Part shown: positions 60,833 through 64,000 of the stretch, piece after piece
Position numbering within the stretch: position 1 is the first letter of the stretch
Layout: the number at the start of each line of letters is the position of its first letter
Assembly (NCBI GenBank): GCA_900550495.1
Contig: URSJ01000001.1
Location: 4,570-68,569, forward strand
Source: an uncultured Rickettsiales bacterium
GTDB taxonomy: Bacteria; Pseudomonadota; Alphaproteobacteria; Rs-D84
DNA length: 64,000 nt
Reading direction: 5' to 3'
Translations under genes and position numbers: made by a program
Notes under the pieces: model-generated
What the model was told of the DNA's origin: nothing
The model's database searches: none
What the model saw: the letters and a program-made list of their open reading frames with translations, nothing else

Positions 60833-62056
60833 ATGCAAAATGATTTAGAAAAAATGTATCGGCGTGCGCTGGACGCGCGTGCGCCGTGGTTAAATCGCTG
60901 GGACGCGGCAATGCGATATACTATGCCGACCGACGACACAGATGCCGCAACACTGTTTGACGCAACCGCGGCAGACGCGGCAGACAACCTGGCGGCGTCA
61001 ATATATTCGCTGATGACGCCACCAGAATCGCTGTGGATATCACTGGTCCCGGAAAGCGACGCGTCCCCCGACGCAGATGCCGCAACCATTGCATTACGCG
61101 CGAACCTGAACGATTCAAATTTCTATACCACAATTCATCAATGCTATCTGGATTTGGTGATTTTGGGAACGGCGTGTCTATTTATGGCAGAAACACCAAT
61201 CGGTGCGTCGTCGGCGTTTTCGTTCACCGCCGTGCCTATGCGTGATATTGCGATTTTGCCGGGTGCAGTATTTCACACAGCGACAATGCCGGCGCACGAA
61301 GTGCTGGAAAAATATCCAACCTGGACGCCACCAGCCGATGTTGCCGACCAAATCAAGCACGACCCGGCAACGCCGTTGCGCCTGGTCCAAAGTTTGGTTG
61401 GCACAGAATTCACCGCGTGGTTGGACGTTGGGGGAAATCTGGAAAACAATATCGTTGCGCGTGGCACATTTGAAACCAACCCATACATCATTTTCCGGTG
61501 GAGTGTTTTAAGCGGTGAACAATATGGTCGTGGGCCGGTCTTGCGCGCATTGCCAGATATTAAAACTGCGAACAAGGTTGTTGAACTGGTGCTGAAAAAC
61601 GCAACGATTGCCGTGTCTGGGATATGGCAGGCCGACGATGATGGCGTCATAAATCTGAACAATATAAACCTGACGCCGGGGGCAATTATCCCCAAGGCCG
61701 TTGGGTCATCAGGGCTGACGCCGCTGTCGTCGGGCGCAGATTTTGATGTGTCGCAAATAATATTAAAAGACCTGCGCGAACGGATTCGCCACGCGTTGTT
61801 GGCCGACCGATTGGGGTTGCTGTCTGAAAAAGAAATGACCGCGACCGAAATCATGGCACGTAATTCTGATATGGTTAGAATTCTGGGGGCGACATACGGG
61901 CGATTGCTGCATGAATTTATTCGGCCATTGACCGACCGGGGATTACAGATTTTATCGCGCCGTGGGGTGATTGCGCCAATCGCGCTGAACAGTGACGCAG
62001 AATTGAAATACATTGCGCCAATCGCACAAATGGCTGTGTCTGAAAACTTGATTTAA
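60833..62056 (+). CDS. portal (head-to-tail connector) protein, T7 gp8-like, short
   Basis: ARAPWLNRW resembles T7 gp8 NDRAPYETR. YGRGPVLRALPDIKTANKVVELVLKNATIAVSGIW resembles gp8 YGRSYIEEYLGDLRSLENLQEAIVKMSMISSKVIGLV. Length 407 aa. Confidence 0.55.
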   Translation: MQNDLEKMYRRALDARAPWLNRWDAAMRYTMPTDDTDAATLFDATAADAADNLAASIYSLMTPPESLWISLVPESDASPDADAATIALRANLNDSNFYTTIHQCYLDLVILGTACLFMAETPIGASSAFSFTAVPMRDIAILPGAVFHTATMPAHEVLEKYPTWTPPADVADQIKHDPATPLRLVQSLVGTEFTAWLDVGGNLENNIVARGTFETNPYIIFRWSVLSGEQYGRGPVLRALPDIKTANKVVELVLKNATIAVSGIWQADDDGVINLNNINLTPGAIIPKAVGSSGLTPLSSGADFDVSQIILKDLRERIRHALLADRLGLLSEKEMTATEIMARNSDMVRILGATYGRLLHEFIRPLTDRGLQILSRRGVIAPIALNSDAELKYIAPIAQMAVSENLI

Positions 62057-62261
62057 CAACGGGGAAAAATATGAACGAAACAGAACAAAATTACGCACGC
62101 GCATTTTCAACCGCCGCCGGTGCGGCAGTATTACAACATCTGCGAAAAATGACTATTGAACGTGTCTTGGGGCCAAATGCGTCGGACGCCGAATTGCGCA
62201 GCCTGGAATCCCAGCGTGCGTTGGTGCATTTGATTGAAAATATGATATCACGGGGGCGAAA

Positions 62262-62522
62262 ATGAAACAGGAAACGAGTGCCTTGGGCGGTATTATCGCG
62301 ACCCTGCGCGACAGTTGGTTTTTAATCGCGTTTATCGGCGGCTTGATTTATTGGGTCGCACGCCAGGATTCGTCATTGGCGGACATTCAACGCGCCGACA
62401 CGCGTATTACCACGCTGGAAAATCGCACTACGATATTGGAAACTGGCATCGGTCAATTACAGATAAAACTGGATACGATTCGCGACGACGTGTCGTTGAT
62501 AAAAACCGCCGTGATAAAATAA
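62262..62522 (+). CDS. membrane-anchored coiled-coil protein (i-spanin/Rz-like)
   Basis: N-terminal TM segment FLIAFIGGLIYWV followed by a heptad-rich helix. A terminator lies at 62521-62550. Confidence 0.35.
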   Translation: MKQETSALGGIIATLRDSWFLIAFIGGLIYWVARQDSSLADIQRADTRITTLENRTTILETGIGQLQIKLDTIRDDVSLIKTAVIK

Positions 62523-62550
62523 AAAACGGGGCAGACGCCCCGTTTTTATA
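62521..62550 (+). terminator. bidirectional rho-independent terminator
   Basis: Hairpin aacggggcagacgccccgtt followed by ttttt. Confidence 0.55.
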
Positions 62551-62555
62551 CTTGA

Positions 62556-62699
62556 TTATTTGCCGCAGCTACCAATCAATTTAGAGATAGAAATATCTTT
62601 GTGCAGCAAGAAATCGTATTCGCAGTTACCTGATTTGTAAGAACCTGTGCAGGCGGCCAATGTCATAACGGCAAACAATGCCAACATAACTTTTTTCAT
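62556..62699 (-). CDS. small lipoprotein (entericidin-like size)
   Basis: MKKVMLALFAVMTLAACTG lipobox. 47 aa. RBS ggagaaaac. Confidence 0.4.
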   Translation of the reverse strand: MKKVMLALFAVMTLAACTGSYKSGNCEYDFLLHKDISISKLIGSCGK

Positions 62700-62763
62700 G
62701 TTTTCTCCTTTTATCAAAAAGTCTGGGCAAATTATACAGGACCAAATTCCCAAATGCAAGCAT

Positions 62764-63105
62764 TTATATCGCCGCGCGTGCGTGATGTATGCGCAGACCA
62801 CACACAATTATCACATCAAAACGCGCGTCAAATCCCGGAAATTCCCGTGCCAGAAATGTTTCCGCACTGCGACGCAGGCGTGCCGCCTGGGCGTGCGTAA
62901 TTGCGTCCCAACCGGCGGCGATGGTTGGGCGACGTTTAACCTCTATGAAAACGATGGTTTTGCCGCGGCGGGCAATAATATCAATTTCGGCGCGGCCCGT
63001 GTTGCGCCCGGTAACGTATCGCGATCGCAAAATGCGGTATCCATGTATGCGCAAATACATGCGCGCCCAAAATTCTGCAAATAACCCAGATTCATATGAA
63101 TTCAT
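62764..63105 (-). CDS. UPF0102/YraN-family endonuclease
   Basis: Contains GRAEIDIIARRGKTIVFIEVKRR...RFDVIIV. Start at ATG 63105. Confidence 0.55.
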   Translation of the reverse strand: MNSYESGLFAEFWARMYLRIHGYRILRSRYVTGRNTGRAEIDIIARRGKTIVFIEVKRRPTIAAGWDAITHAQAARLRRSAETFLAREFPGFDARFDVIIVCGLRIHHARAAI

Positions 63106-63254
63106 ACCTGTTATTATAACAATCAAATCCAATAAACGCCAAGAAATAAAAATCATGCGCGGGTGCGGGCGCACATTGCGTTTTTATCCTTGACCGGGGT
63201 GCGTGAATTTTCTTATAATTTGACCAAGAATTGAAAGCAAAGAGGGGAAAAATC

Positions 63255-63401
63255 ATGAAGAAAGTATTTCTGGCGTTCTTTGTTGCGTTGGCATTGGCCG
63301 GCTGTGGTCAGGTATATGACCGTGAACCTGTTGGTGTCGGTTATGACAACAATGAATTGAAACTGAGTCCGTGCGCCTGCATCATGGTATTCCAGGCATA
63401 A
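63255..63401 (+). CDS. small lipoprotein
   Basis: MKKVFLAFFVALALAGCGQ lipobox. 48 aa. RBS agagggg. Confidence 0.35.
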   Translation: MKKVFLAFFVALALAGCGQVYDREPVGVGYDNNELKLSPCACIMVFQA

Positions 63402-63431
63402 AATCCACCGGTAAGTTTATGTGGGGGGATT

Positions 63432-64000
63432 TTGTTGGATTATCCAAATAATTTTGATACACCGGCATTTCCAGCGGGAAAACGCATTGCCGTCTCCCGG
63501 GCTGTATCCATTTTAGTTTCGGCGTTGTTCTTTGTAATCATATGCGTGTGCGGCCTGTTGATTTGGACATCGCGCAGTGCAACCGTTGACCCATTTATAA
63601 TATCGGTGGACAGTGTGACCGGCACGTGGTCCGTGGTCGGGCATTCGCACGGCACAATGCAATACAGCGCATCACGCACGATGCAGGAATCAGTTGTTGC
63701 AAATTTCACACGCGATTGGTTCACCGTTGGCGATGATTCTGAAAACCAGGCACTGTGGCAAACGTGTGATCGGGGCCAGGTATGCATGTCTGAAAATGCA
63801 CCCGCGCGCGCCGATGGAATTTGTGCGATATACTGTGCGACAAATGACACCGTATTTAACAGATTTACAAATGATGTCGTTCCCACATGGCAGGAAATTG
63901 CCGCCGCGTCGGGACGGTTGAATTTGGATACATCGTCGTTACAGATTGATCCCGTCGGCGCGGTCGGTGATAACGGTGGTATGTGGCGCGTGCGTGCAAC
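63432..64000 (+). CDS. membrane-anchored periplasmic protein, 3'-truncated (possible VirB8/TrbF-like)
   Basis: A TTG start, the TM helix AVSILVSALFFVIICVCGLLIW, then a soluble domain. The ORF runs off the window. The family assignment is speculative. Confidence 0.25.
   Translation, partial: MLDYPNNFDTPAFPAGKRIAVSRAVSILVSALFFVIICVCGLLIWTSRSATVDPFIISVDSVTGTWSVVGHSHGTMQYSASRTMQESVVANFTRDWFTVGDDSENQALWQTCDRGQVCMSENAPARADGICAIYCATNDTVFNRFTNDVVPTWQEIAAASGRLNLDTSSLQIDPVGAVGDNGGMWRVRA

Overview
This 64 kb window looks like a chromosomal segment of an alphaproteobacterium. The pointers are lpxI, a lptE-holA pair, zapA with its small coiled-coil partner, and two tandem OMP beta-barrel paralogs. Housekeeping genes are clear from the translations: argS, nrdDG (anaerobic class III ribonucleotide reductase with an NrdR box), map, radC, parC, rpmG, gap, miaA, priA, birA, dnaB, and tRNA-Leu/Glu/Asp. 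Mixed in are accessory features. (1) A nonulosonic-acid (sialic-like) glycan gene block at the left edge that appears AT-richer by eye. (2) A MITE-like palindromic element in two inverted copies. (3) A tandem array downstream of tRNA-Glu that repeats the tRNA 3' end four times. (4) A partial tandem duplicate of tRNA-Leu. (5) The most striking feature: a compact T7-like (podovirus-type) structural/lysis module at about 49.6-62.5 kb. It encodes a SleB-like cell-wall hydrolase, holin, scaffold, a Lys/Ala/Pro-repeat histone-H1-like protein, major capsid, tail tubular proteins A and B (gp11/gp12-like), a tail-fibre N-terminal adaptor, a large terminase split in two by a 3.3 kb insert carrying dnaB plus a CI/LexA-type S24 repressor, portal, and a spanin-like protein. 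It has no RNA polymerase, replication, integrase, internal-core or full tail-fibre genes, and host genes (birA, possibly dnaB) sit inside it. Two paralogous HTH-only copies of an alphaproteobacterial CI-repressor N-terminal domain mark this module and a distant phage-type GH24 lysozyme locus. Together with tandem intrinsic terminators in the module leaders, this suggests a domesticated or co-regulated phage-derived particle system (GTA-like or a degraded T7-like prophage) rather than a simple prophage. All calls rest on reading the translations and sequence by eye; no database searches were run.
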